Positions 13,480 to 25,333 of a stretch of 31,581 nucleotides of DNA are shown piece by piece. The notes beneath the pieces are model-generated. The model was not told where the DNA came from, ran no database searches, and saw nothing but the letters and a program-made list of their open reading frames with translations. The translations under genes were made by a program, and so were the position numbers. Each line of letters opens with the position of its first letter. The first letter of the stretch is position 1. The stretch is from assembly GCF_004010195.1 (NCBI RefSeq), contig NC_057719.1, positions 59,410,164-59,441,744 of the forward strand, in the 5' to 3' direction. The stretch comes from Chiloscyllium plagiosum (taxonomy: Eukaryota).

Positions 13480-14000
13480 ATATGAACGAAATCATCAACT
13501 GAGTCCGCAGTTTCCCCCAGCTGCGGCCGCCTTACCGAAAGAGACAGGATCCGCTGGGGGAAAGAAGGATGCCAGCGGTCCGACTATCCCGGGAAGAAAA
13601 GCTGTGACCTGGGCTCTTCGGGTACAACCCGCCGCCTTTACTCCATCGAACCAGGAGCAGCAGCTGCCAGCTTCCAGACAGCAATCACATCCACAGGAAA
13701 TACTTCAGTAACTCGCAGTCCCCACACAAACTCAGCCTGAAACACAAATACAAATCATAACCGTCCCGCCCAAATACCAAACACAGGGAAGACCAGAGGA
13801 GCGGCGTGACACTGAAGCCCTTACCCCAAACACCGGGCCCGGGCCCAGGACCGCACCGACTAACAAACGTCACCATTAACCGTGACCCCGCCGTCTCACC
13901 CCTTCCTCTTCCGGGGTCACAAAGCTCCGCCTCGATACGTCACGTGGCCTTCATTCCAGAACGGAAGGGAGAAAGCTTCAATAATGGCGCAAAGAATCAA
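13480..14000 (-). promoter_or_regulatory. CpG-rich promoter / 5'UTR region of SRP54
   Basis: The most CpG-dense stretch in the window, directly upstream of the ATG exon. ETS motif CCGGAAG (13908-13914, minus), overlapping ACGT cores TACGTCACGTGG (13936-13947), GC-box-like sequences. Confidence 0.8.
13536..13736 (-). other. Candidate non-coding 5'UTR exon of SRP54
   Basis: Strong donor TCG|GTAAG at 13536/13535. Acceptor ttgtatttgtgtttcag|G at 13737/13736. No transcript evidence available. Confidence 0.4.
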
Positions 14001-14633
14001 GTCACAACCGGATTGAGGTGCTGTTAGTACTGGGCCATTTCAGTTAACTGCCAAGAAGATGAGGGATGTCTCCAGTGACATTTGTTTCATATCTGAGACT
14101 GGAGCAATGTTAACGAAACCTCCCCCCTGTTGTCGGTGAAAGGCTCCTGTATATTTTTTGGCACCGCGGTTGCTGAAAGGCGTCTCTGTATCTTGGACAT
14201 TGAGGTGTCATTAAAAGAGCCCTGGACTCTAGGGATGTCAGCGAAATGCCCCACTATAACTTGGAGCCAGGTCAGTGAAATACCTCACTGTGCTGGATAA
14301 TGAGGGTCAGTCTAAGTCCCCTTAAAAATCACACCAGGTTACAGTCGAACAGGTTTATCTGGAGGCACTAGCTTTTGAAGAGCTGCACTTCAGGTGGTTG
14401 TGAAGCAGGATCATAAAACAGAATTTGTAGCAAAAGATTAGTGTCATGCAACTGAAATGATTTCTTGAACAAACCCAGATTAAGTCTTTCAACTTTTAGA
14501 GTGGTATTGCTAGTTTCAGTTCTTTAATATGTAAATCCCAGAGCTTCTTTTAAGTCACATTCTCGACATAACTTGAGGTTTTATAACAAAAGGTGCCATC
14601 TCAGGTCAAACAATGCATTAAAGGTGTCAGGTT

Positions 14634-14783
14634 CCAAAGCCCCTCCCCCAAGTCCCTCCTCCCTACCTTTTATCTTAGCCTGCTGGACACACTTTCCTCA
14701 TTCCTGAAGAAGGGCTTATGCCTGAAACGTCGATTCTCCTGTTCCTTGAATGCTGTGCTTTTCCAGCAACACATTTTCAGCTA
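14634..14783 (+). mobile_element. 150-bp terminal fragment of a different PLE family nested in the left arm
   Basis: Homologous to 3600-3705 and absent from the right arm. Flanked by AGGTT at 14629-14633 and 14784-14788. Confidence 0.8.
14700..14735 (+). ncRNA. Minimal type I hammerhead ribozyme motif (PLE-associated)
   Basis: CTGAAGA (14704-14710), A, GGGC-TTAT-GCCT stem II, GAAA, CG, TC (14730-14731). Stem I is weak. Confidence 0.65.
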
Positions 14784-17043
14784 AGGTTAAAGTCAGTCAG
14801 TATCCCAATCGAGTCAGACTAGTTCTACCTCTAAAGTGGAATTTACAAAATTTTACATGGATTGACTTCCTGTAGGTTATGCATTTTTTGAGCAAAATAG
14901 AATGTATCTGTAAATATAAATTCACCCCAAAAATCTATATGTGTGTGTGTGTTTCAGGAGAAGAGACAGAGTGAGTATGTGTGAGTGCATGTTAGAGTGT
15001 GTGCTTGCATGTATGCAAACATGATAAAGCATGTATGTGATGGGGTATAAGCCTGTGACAAGGTGCATGTGTTGGTGTGAGTGTGGGGGTGTAAGTGTGT
15101 GCATATGAGAGAGGGTCTGCGTGAGTGTGAGTATTTAGGAGTGTGTGTGAGAGAGAGAGAAAGTGTATAGTGCATTGGGGGTCACCTGTAGTGTGACATG
15201 AATCCAAAATGCTGGTTGACGATATCCTCATAGGGACCAAACTTGGCTATCAGCCTCTACTCAGCCACTTTGCGTTGTTGCCTGTCCAGAAGCCCCCTTG
15301 GAAGATGGTCACCTGAAGGTCCGAGGCCGAATGTCACTGACCGCTGAAATGTTCCTCACTGGAAGATAGCACCCCTGCCTGGTGATTGTTGTGCAGTGTC
15401 CATTCATCCGTTGTCGTAGTGTCAACTTGGTCTCGCCAATGTATCATGCCTCAGGGCATTCTTCCCTGCAGTGTATGAGATAGACAACGTTGGCCGATTC
15501 ACACAAGACCCTGCCACTTCAAGATGGTTGGAGTCCCCATACGTAATAGTGATATCCCTGTTGATATTCTGACACATTTTGCAGCGATTGCTGTGACAGG
15601 CTGTTACGGTGTTGGGGTTGATGGTGTCCTGAAGACTGGGCAGTTTGCTGCGAAGAATGATCTGTTTAAGGTTCGGTGGTTGTTTAAGATGAGAAGTGCA
15701 GGCAAAGGGAAGGTCCTGGCGAGGTGTTCATCCTCATCAATAACGTGTTGTAGGCTGCAAAAAAAATGGCACGGTTCTTTGGTTCCCGGGAAGTACTGGA
15801 CAACGAAGGATACCCTGTCGGGTCCATCCTGTGACTGTCTCCTGAAGAGGTCATTACGGTTTCTTGCTGTGGTATGTAGGAACTGGTGATCGATGAGTTG
15901 AGCATCGTATCCCGTTCTTATGAGGGCATCCTTGAGCACCTTCAGGTGTCTGTTATGTTCCTCCTCATTTGAACAGATCCTGTGTATGTGTAAGGCTTGT
16001 CAATAGGGGATAGCTCTTTTAAAATGTTTAGGGCGGAAACTAGAGAAGCATAGCATTGAAAGGTATCCATGGGTTTGCGGTAGAGTAAGGCACCCACCCT
16101 TGATGGAGGTGCATGTATCCAAGAATGTGACGTCCATGGTAAGTCTGATGGTGGGAAGAAATTCGTTGATATCACTGTGTAGTTGTTTCAGTGACTCCTC
16201 ACCATGGGTCCAGAGGAAGAAAATGTGGTCAATATATCTGGTGTATAGTGTTGGTTGGAGGTCATATGCAGAAAAGAAGTCTTGTTCAAACCTGTGCATG
16301 AAAATGTCGGCATATTGGGATGCAAATTTAATCCCCATGACTGTTCCATGTGTCTGGATGCAGAACTTGTCAAAGGTGAAAATGTTGTGGTTGAGGATGA
16401 AGCAGATGAGTTGTAGGGTGGTACTCAGAGATTGGCAGTTTTTGGTATTGAGTACTGAGGCTGTTGCTGTACTTGTGTAGAGTGCTGAAACGTCCATTTT
16501 GACGAGGAATATTTCTGGTTCAACTGGTTCATGGGTGCTGTGTTTCTGTAGGAAATCTGTAGTGATGCAACAGAAGCTGAGGGTCCCCTTTACAATGGGT
16601 TTCAAGGTGCCTTCGATACAGCCAGAGAGGTTCTCGTACAGGATCCCATTGCCTGATACAATGGGACTTCCTGGTGTGTTGCCTTTCTTCAGAAGGCAGT
16701 ACAAGTCACCTACGCAAGAAGTACGTAGGATGAGAGCGTGTAGGGAACCCTGAAGGACTGGATCAAAAGTCTTGGTCAATATGTTTAGTTCACGGGCGGC
16801 TCTTTGGTCAGATTGGCCGGTATTTGCCTCCAGTGTTCCTGGTTATTCAGTTGTCGGTATACTTGCTTGCAGTAATCTATTCTATTCTGAATGACGATGG
16901 CTTCTCCTTTATCTGTGGGTTTGGTGACAATATTATGATTGGTTTTGAGAGCATGGATGGCATTGCATTATGATTGGGTGGTGTTTTGCTCTCTCTGTGG
17001 GTGTGGCTGATGAATCTGGCATTTACACATTTCCTGACAGTTT

Positions 17044-19048
17044 GACCCTGTGTGCGAACCTCTCTGGCTATGTCGAAGGCATTTTGAAACCTGTTGTACA
17101 AGGGACTCCCATCTTCTGTTGCGAAACTACAGATTTCTTAAAGAAACTCAGCAGAGACTAGTCAAACCGGGAACATTCCTCGTCACAATTGACGTTACAG
17201 CACTCCTCCACAATGACAGCATCGCTGCAACATCCTCAGTACTCAATACCAACAACTGCCAATCTCTGAGCACCGTCCTACAACTCATCCGCTTCATCCT
17301 CAATTACGTTTTCATCTTTGACAACCAGATCTTCATCCAGACACACAGAACAGCCATGGAGATCATATTTGCACCTCAACATGCCAACATTTTCATGCAC
17401 AGGTTTGAAAGAGACTTCTTTTCTGCACAGGACCTCCAACCAATACTACACACCAGTTATATTGATGACATTTTCCTCCTCTGGACCCATGGTGAGGAGT
17501 CACTGAAAAAACTACACAGTGATAACAAGTTTCATCCCACCATCTGACTTAGGGTGGACTATTCTTTTGTATCGGTCTCATTCTTGGACACGTGCATCTC
17601 CATCAAGGATGGGCATCTCAGCACCCCACTCTATCGCAAACCCACGGATAACCTCCAGATGCTATACTTCTCTAACCTCAACCCTAAAGATATCCCCGAC
17701 GGACAAAACCTATGCATATGCAGCATCTGTTCAGATGAGGAGGAATGTGATGGATATTTGAATGTGCTCAAGGATGCCCTCATAAGAATAGGGTACGATG
17801 TTCAACTCATCGATTGCCAGTTCTAGCATGCCACAGCGAGAAACCATAATGGCCTCCTCGGTAGACAGATACAGGTTGCAACCGATAAGGTACCCTTCAT
17901 TGTCCAGTACTTCCCAGGAGCTGAAAAACTGTGCCATGTTCTTCGCAGCCTGCAACACATTATCGATGAGGATGAACGCCTTGCCAAGAATTTCCTTTTG
18001 CCTCCACTTCTCACCTTTAAACAACCACCAAATCTTAAGCAGTTCACTGTTGGCAGCAAACCGCCCAGCCTTCAGGACAACATCAACTACAACACCGTAC
18101 GACCCTGTCATGGCAACCGCTGCAAGACGTGTCAGTGTCGACAGAGATAGTACCATTAGACGTGGGGATACCACCCCCTATATACACAGCAGGTACTCAT
18201 GTGACGCAGCCAAAGTTGTCTATCTCATACACTGCAGGCAAGACTGCCCTGAGGCATGGTACATTGGTGAGACCAAGCCGATACTACAACAATGGATGAA
18301 TGGACACTGGGCAGAGGTGTTCCCTCCCAGTCAGGGAACACTTCAGGATGTTCGACCTCGGACCTTCAGGTGACCATCCTCCAAGGTGGACTTCGAAACA
18401 GGCAACAACGCAGAGTGGCTGAGCAGAAGCTGATAGCCAAGTTCGGTACCCATGGGGATGGTCTCAACCAGGACCTCGGGTTCATGTCACACAACAGGCG
18501 ACTCCATTACATTGTACACTCTTTTACACACACACACATATACAAGTACATATACATGCACACTCTTACATACTTACGCTGATCCTCTCATACGCACACA
18601 TAAACCCCCCACACTCTACACCCATATGCGCGCACACTCACAGGCCTATACTCATCATACTCACACACATACTTGACCAAGCTTGCACACACACTCTCAT
18701 ATGCACTCTCACTCATGCACACACAAACTGTCTCTCTCTCTCCTGCACGCACTTACATATTGAGGGTTATTGAGAGAATTTATATTTGCAGATATATTCT
18801 ATTTTGCTTAATAAATGCATAACATACAATGAGTCAATCCGTGTAATATTTTGTAAATTCCACTTTAGAAATAGAACCAGTCTGACTCAGGATTGGAATA
18901 CAGACTGACTTTAACCTCACCTTTAATGCATTGTCTGAGCAGCCTCTCAACCACCTAATGAAAGAGCAGCGTTTCACAAGCTGTTGAACTATAATCTGGA
19001 TATGTAACTTTGTCCACCCCAGTCCAATAGCTGCCCCCTCCAAATCAT
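17044..19048 (+). mobile_element. Penelope-like element, right arm of large palindrome
   Basis: TLCANLSGYVEGILKP, SYIDDIFLLW, FLDTCISIKDG, VVYLIHC...WYIGET (GIY-YIG), EQKLIAKFGT. (CA)n-rich 3' region at ~18520-18750. Confidence 0.93.
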
Positions 19049-19064
19049 TACCACACTGAATCAT

Positions 19065-20360
19065 TAATTGAATGGTTACAGTGTAAAGGTAGGCCCTGTC
19101 TACTTAGTTCCACTTCCCTGTCATCCTGCTCAAAATAATGAACCAAGTGCCTTTTGAAAGCCAAGATTGAATTTGCCTCAACTACATTCGGAATCAGTGC
19201 ATTCCAGATCCAAATAAGTCAGAATCGGTGCATTCCAGATCCTAACCATACACTTTGTAAGGATTTCTTTCTTCATGTCGCCATTGTTTTATTTGCGAAT
19301 CACCTTAACTTAGGTGTCCTCTGGTCAATCAAGAAACAATTTCAACTTTGTAAAGATTCTTCATAATTTTGAATCTATCAAATCTCCAGGAAGAACATTT
19401 CCAGCTTGTCCAATCCATTTGCATAATTGAAGTTGTTCATTTGTAGAACCACTTTTTTGAATCCTTTCTGAGCACTGTTACCTCAGTGCCTGGTTTCAGT
19501 TCCTGCCTTGGGTGATTTTGTGCAGTTTGCAAATTCTCCCCTTGTTTGGTTGGATTTCCACCGAGTGCTCTAGTTTCCTTCCACAGTCCATTGATGTGTA
19601 GGTTGAGTGGATTGACCATGCTAAATTACCCTTAGGTGTCCAGAGATGTATGTGCAGGCACAGTGGATTAGCCATAGTAAATATGGGGGGATGGAGAATG
19701 CTCTTTGGATTGTAGATGTGGATCTGATAGGCCAAATGGCTTCATTCCGAAATGGAGGGATTCTGTGATTCTATTTAATTCCTTCACTTCCTTTCCAAAG
19801 TAGGTGCTGAAAATAAGGCACAATACTCAAGTTCACAAGGGACCATTGTTTTATATAGATGCATTATAATTTCCTTTCTTATGTTCTAAATGCCCCTATT
19901 TATAAAGTCTAGGATCATCTGGGTTTTTTTTAAACATCTCCCTCATGCTGTTCTGCCACATTACTGATTTGGAGATCAACCAGTGTCCTCTCTTCCTGCA
20001 CCCACTTTAAAATTAACTTTTTTTGACATTCTTTGTCTTGCTTCTTCTTACTAAATTGCTACATTTTATGTTTCTTTGCATTAAATTTAATCTGCTACTT
20101 GCCTGGCTCTTCCGTCAACTGTCTGTGTCCTTTTGAAATTTAACACTAGTACTCTCAATTCACACGCCACGTGAAAATTTTGAAACGATAGCCAGTTACT
20201 TAAGTCTAGGTCATTAATAGATGTCAAGAACAGCAGTCGTACTAAATCAATCCTGGGCAAATGCAATAACCAACCTTGCTCCAACAAAAAAACATTTGTT
20301 TCAGTCATTCAGCCAAATGTCACTTTTATTCCACAAGCTCTAACTTTGCTTACATATCTA
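19065..20360 (-). mobile_element. Old CR1-clade LINE 3' part, interrupted by a SINE
   Basis: gcattccagatcctaacc 3'-end motif and caatactcaag (LEYC). RT remnants FLTSINDLDL at ~20200. Confidence 0.65.
19470..19773 (+). mobile_element. HE1-like tRNA-derived SINE (decayed)
   Basis: Colinear with 30329-30626 (agcactg..., gtttgcaaattctcccc, ggattgaccatgctaaatt). Ends in gattctgtgattcta. Confidence 0.8.
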
Positions 20361-20399
20361 TTGTTTTGCAATTATATATATATATATAATATATATCAG

Positions 20400-21379
20400 A
20401 ACTAGTGGCATGTGGGTTTTGGGTTTGTGTGTACGAGTGGCTTTAATGATTAACTTGTAAGTATTTCTAGAGCTATGTCTTTTCAAACTGGAATGAGGGA
20501 GTTAGTTCCCGGGGTGATAATGGGAATTTGTTTCCATTGGGAGAATTTTATGAATGAACAGAGTAAATATTGAAGAAAAGTTGTTTGCTTTCAGTTAGCT
20601 GAATCAGGAATTAACTCTTTTTGCTCAGGGGAAAATTCCACAGCTTGGAAAGCTTTTGTTTTCACGTCCCAGATGTCCTGCTTGGAGTAAAATCACTGTT
20701 ACTCTTGAAGAAGACAATAATTCAGAACTGTTAGAAAACAAGTCACCTTAGTGTAAACTGTCTGTGTGGAATTTGCACATTCTCCCCATGTCTGTGTAGG
20801 TTTCTTCCACCAGTCCAAAGATGTGCAGGTTAGGTGGATTGGTCATGCTAAATTGCTCATCGTGTCTAAGGATGTGCCACACTGTCAGGATTCTATTGTA
20901 TTTTAAGATGTTCGTTTGAAAGTTCCAGACCCCAAATCTTTGATTAGAACCTTGAAGGGGTTATTTCCAAGTTGATAAAGCTTAGGATCAATTGTCTGAA
21001 GAATCAAGAATCAAACCCCCAAGACTGGGAATTGAAAGGAACAGTTCAATGAAACCTAAAGATGTCATACAGAATAAAATTCTCTCTGCTGTTTACATAT
21101 TGTAATGCTATTGAGATAGATGGGATAGCATTTTACTGTATGTTTCTATTAATTAAAATTGTGTTGTATCTAAATAGCTTTGTTTATCCTATTTTACCTT
21201 AGTTTTTGCAGAATGAACTTCTGTTTAATTGCTAAAACTCAACCCACAGCATTGACAGCCTCCTTTCTGTTGAAAGGACCACCTTATTTAATATAAACAA
21301 AACAAAGTATAATCTATCAAGCCAAACTTCAGTCTGGGATCTGACTTTGCCAGTGATAACTTTAACTGGGATCAAAACA
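20400..21379 (+). mobile_element. Possible solo LTR-like repeat
   Basis: Ends in ttaactgggatcaaaaca, resembling CA-terminated LTR ends. No TSD or clear 5' TG boundary found. Confidence 0.3.
20755..20897 (+). mobile_element. HE1-like SINE internal fragment
   Basis: ctgtctgtgtggaatttgcacattctcccc...ggtggattggtcatgctaaattgc matches the other SINE copies. Confidence 0.8.
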
Positions 21380-21639
21380 GAACATGATCATGAGCATCGT
21401 AATCAACCTCTGCTCCCTATTGTCCAAGTTGAAATCCCATCTGGAATGGAGGTGTGATTTAATATGTCCAAAGAGTTTGGTTACAAAATACAGTATTTAT
21501 CAAAACGTTGAAGCAAATTAGTTAAATGTGAACTGTGCTTAACAAATCCATGCTAGATTCTGTTAACCTGCATTTGCCAAACTGACTGTTAATTTTGACT
21601 TGAATTGTAATTTCTAAACTTCCCCCACCACCCAGGTTA

Positions 21640-22253
21640 ATCTACATTAGAGAAATGAAGCATTGACAAGGTGACTGCTTTGCAGAACACATATGTTCGG
21701 CTCACAAAAATGAACCTGAGTTTCCAGTTGGCAACCACTTCAAGACACTATCTGTTCCCTGCCAATATCTCTGTCTCAGATTTGCTGCAGTGCTTCCAGC
21801 ATATGCTAGAAGAACAACACCTCATTTCCACTTGGGGACCTTGCAGCCACCTGGACTCAATATTTCGTGCAATAACTGCAAGGCTTCAACTCTCCTGTGT
21901 CCGCTAGCCCCCATCTTGACACACCACACCCTGTTACCACACAGTCTATTTCAAACAACTCATTGTTAGCCACTAACAGTCTCCATTCAGAGCTATTCAC
22001 CATCCCAGCCAGATCGTTATCCACTCCTTTATCTGTCCAACTGTTCTCCTCTCTCTTTGAGTTCTACCCCCACCTATCGTTTAGTCCTGCATAACAACCA
22101 ACATTTTCTAGCTCCCATCAGTTCTGAGGAAGGGTGACCAGACCCAAAACCTTAACTGTGTTTTCTCTTCACAGATGCTGCCAGACTGGTTTCTTTTCCA
22201 GCAATTTCTGTTTTTGCTTCTGATTTACAGCATCCAGAGTCCTTTTGGTTTTT
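21640..22253 (+). mobile_element. Penelope-like element 3' fragment
   Basis: YIREMK..GDCFAEH (YIGET-like), LEEQHLI. Degenerate hammerhead at 22124-22153 and terminal cagatgctgccagac...ttccagca. Confidence 0.8.
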
Positions 22254-22329
22254 ACCCGGGTTAATCTCACTGACCTGTGGTTGCTGGGTTTATCCTAACC
22301 ACCCCATTAAAAAGGTGTCATATTTGCAA

Positions 22330-22950
22330 TTCATAACTCACCTAAACTCTGTATCTGGAGATCTTAAAAATTACGGTCAATGCCTCTTCAATTTCTTTTG
22401 TTATTTTCCTCAGTATCCTTGGATATATCTCATCCAGTCGAGGAGATTTACTGACTTTAAGTGCAGCTAGCCTATCTGATACCTCTTTATAAATTATTAG
22501 ATTAGATTAGATACCCTACAGTGTGTAAAACAGGCCCTTCAGCCCAACAAGTCCACACCGACTCTTCGAAGAGTAACTGTGGGAGGAAACCCACGCAGAC
22601 ACGGGGAGAATGTGCAAACTCCATACAGACAGTTGCCCGAGGCTGGAATCAAACCTGGATCACTGGTGCTGTGAGGCGGCAGTGCTAACCCCTGAGCCAC
22701 CGTGACGCCCACCAAGTACTTCTCTTTCACCATGAGTTAGACAGCGTCTTTTTCCTTAGTACAAAATACTCAAACATCTACCTTCAAGTGTATATCCTCT
22801 TTTAGGTCATTACTTAAACACATTCATCCTTTTAATATTTCAGTGCCTATAGAAGACTTTGGGATTCCCATTTGTGTTTATCTATCTCTTCTCGTAACTT
22901 CTCTTATTTGTATTTTCAATTCCCCTCCTAGCATTTTGTATTTGTTAAGT
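22330..22950 (-). mobile_element. Old CR1 ORF2 fragment interrupted by a SINE
   Basis: Minus strand KSPRLDEIYPRILR at ~22410-22450, corresponding to the CR1 KSPGPD..YPR motif. Confidence 0.55.
22496..22710 (-). mobile_element. HE1-like tRNA-derived SINE (internally deleted)
   Basis: Minus head gggcgtcacggtggctcaggggttagcactg, B box GGTTTGATTCC, (CTAAT)n tail. Confidence 0.88.
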
Positions 22951-22989
22951 GTGTAAAAGAAAATTTGCTGATTCAGTATGTAGATGTAT

Positions 22990-25333
22990 CTACTTGAGAA
23001 GGTGCAAAACCTGACCTACTCTTGGGAAATCAGGCAGGGCAGTTGACTGAGGAGTCAGTGGGGGAGCACTTTGGGGCCAGTGAGCATAATTCTATTAGTT
23101 TTGAAAAATTGATGGAAAAGGATAGACCAGATCGAAAAGTTGAAGTTCTAAATTGGAGGAAGGCTAATTTTGACGTATTAGGCAAGAATTTTCAAAAGGT
23201 GATTGGGCCCAGATGATCGCAGGTAAAGGACAGCTGGAAAATGGGAAGCCTTCAGAAATGAGATAACGAGAATCCAGAGAAAGTATATTCCTGTTAGGGT
23301 GAAAGGAAAGGCTGGTAGGTATAGGGAATGCTGAATGACTAAAGAAATTGAGGGTTTGGTTAAGAAAAAGAAGGAAGCATATGTTAGGTATAGACAGGAT
23401 AGATTGAGTGAATCCTGAGAGATAAAGGCAGTAGGAGTATATTTAAGAGGGAAATCAGGAGGGCAAAAAGGGGACATAGATAGCTTTGGCAAATAGATTT
23501 AAGGAGAATCCAAAGGGTTTTTACAAATACATTAAGGACAAAAGGGTAACTAGGGAGAGACTAAGGCTCCTCAAAGATCAGCAAGGCAGCATTTCTGTGG
23601 AGCTGCAGGAGATGGGGCAGATACTAAACGAAAATTTTGCATCTGTATTTACTATGGAAAAGGACATGGAAGATATAGAATGTAGGGAAATAGATGGTGA
23701 GATCTTGAAAAGTGTCCATATTAGAGAGGAGGAACTGCGGGATGTCTCGAAATGCATAAAAGTGGGTAAATCCCCAGGACCTGATCAGGTATGCCCTAGA
23801 AGACTGTGGGACACTAGGGAAGTGATTGCTGGGCCTCTTACGATAATATTTGTATCATCAATAGTCACAGGTAAGGTGCTGGAAGACTGGAGGTAGGTCA
23901 ACGTGGTGCCACTGTTTAAGAAAGGTGATAAGGACAAGCCGGGAACTATAGACCAGTGAACCTGACGTCTGTGGTGGGCAAGTTGTTAGAGGAACTCCTG
24001 AGGGACAGGAAGTACATATACTTGGCCAGGCAAGGACTGATGAAGGATAGTCAACATGGCTTTATGCATGGGAAATCATATCTCACAAACTTGATTGAGT
24101 TTTTTGAAGAAGTAACAAAGAAGATTGATGAAGGCAGAGCAGTAGATGTGATCTATATGAACTACAGTAAGGCGTTCGACAAGGTTGCCCGTGGGAGACT
24201 GGTTAGCAAGGTTAGACCTCATGGAATACAGGGGGAACTCGCCATTTGGATACAGAACTGGCTCAATGGGAGAAGACAGTTGGGTGGTGGAGGGTTGTTT
24301 TTCAGACTGGAGGCCTATGACCAGAGGAGTGCCACGAGGATCGGTGCTGGGTCCACTACTTTTCATCACTTATATAAGTGATTTGGATGTGAGCATAAGA
24401 GGTATAGTTAGTAAGTTTGTTCATGACACCAAAATTGGAGGTGTAGTGGACAGCGAAGTAGGTTACGTCAGATTACAATGGGATCTTGATCAGATGGACC
24501 AGTGGGCTAAGAGTTTGCAGATGGAATTTAATTTAGATAAATGTGAGGTGCTGCATTTTGGTAAAGCAAATCTTAGCAGGACTTATACACTTAATGGTAA
24601 GGTTCTCAGGAGTGTTGCTGAACAAAGAGACCTTGGAGTGCAAGTTCATAGCTCCTTGAAAGTGGAATCGCAGGTAGATAGGATAGTGAAGAAGATGTTT
24701 GGTATGCTTTCCTTTATCGGTCAGAGTACTGAGTACAGGAGTTGGGAGATCATGTTGCGGTTGTACAAGATATTGGTTAGACTACTGTTGGAATATTGCA
24801 TGCAATTTTGGTCTCCTTCCTATCGGAAAGATATTGTGAAACTTGAAAGGGTTCAGAAAAGATTTACAAGGATATTGCCAGGGTTTGGAGGACTTGAGCT
24901 ATTGGGAGAGATTGAATAGGCTGGGGCTGTTTTCCCTGGAGTGTCGGAGGCTGAGGGGTGACCTTATAGAGGTTTATTAAATCATGAGGGGCATTGATAG
25001 GATAAATAGACAAAGGCTTTTCCCTTGAGTGGGGGAGTCCAGAATTAGACGGCATAGGTTTAGGGTGAGAGGAGAAAAATATAAAAGAAACCTAAGAGGC
25101 AACATTTTCAGGCAGAGGGTAGAATGTGTATGGAATGAGCTGCCAAAGGATGTGGTGGAGGCTAGTACAGTTGCAACATTTAAAAGGCATCTGGATGGGT
25201 ATATGAATAGGAAGGGTTTGGAGGGATATGGGCCAGTGCTGGCAGGTGGGACTAGATTGGGTTGGGATATCTGGTTGGCTTGGACGAGATGGACCAAGGG
25301 TCTGTTTCCATGCTGTACATCTCTAAGCCTCTA
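22990..25333 (+). mobile_element. Long 5'-truncated CR1-clade LINE (ORF2 pseudogene)
   Basis: Frameshifted ORFs with KSPGPDQ, NYRPV, QHGF, KAFDKV, GVPRGSVLGPLLF, KFVHDTK (catalytic motif mutated) and LEYCMQFWSP, then a 3'UTR. Confidence 0.95.

Larger units (their letters stand above)
14322..17043 (-). mobile_element. Penelope-like element, left arm of large palindrome (decayed RT + GIY-YIG + 3' region)
   Basis: PGSPIVSG, KMDVSALYTS, QTHGTVMG, RYIDHIFFLW and LKDALIRTGYD, with frameshifts. (TG)n-rich 3' region at ~14935-15160. Confidence 0.93.

Noticed and set aside
14281..14290. tacctcactg versus taccacactg (19049-19058) as TSD of the large palindrome
   Set aside because: Imperfect match, and about 30 nt away from the left element boundary.
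14020..14320. Unique moderately GC-rich stretch as an ncRNA or divergent gene
   Set aside because: No recognisable RNA family motif, ORF or convincing structure.
16000..18582. RT and GIY-YIG ORFs as functional genes
   Set aside because: Both arms are broken by frameshifts and stops, and the left arm has YIDH instead of YIDD.
19192..19242. 21-bp direct repeat gaatc(a/g)gtgcattccagatcc with ~30-nt period
   Set aside because: Only two copies, inside a decayed CR1. A local slippage duplication, not an array or CRISPR.
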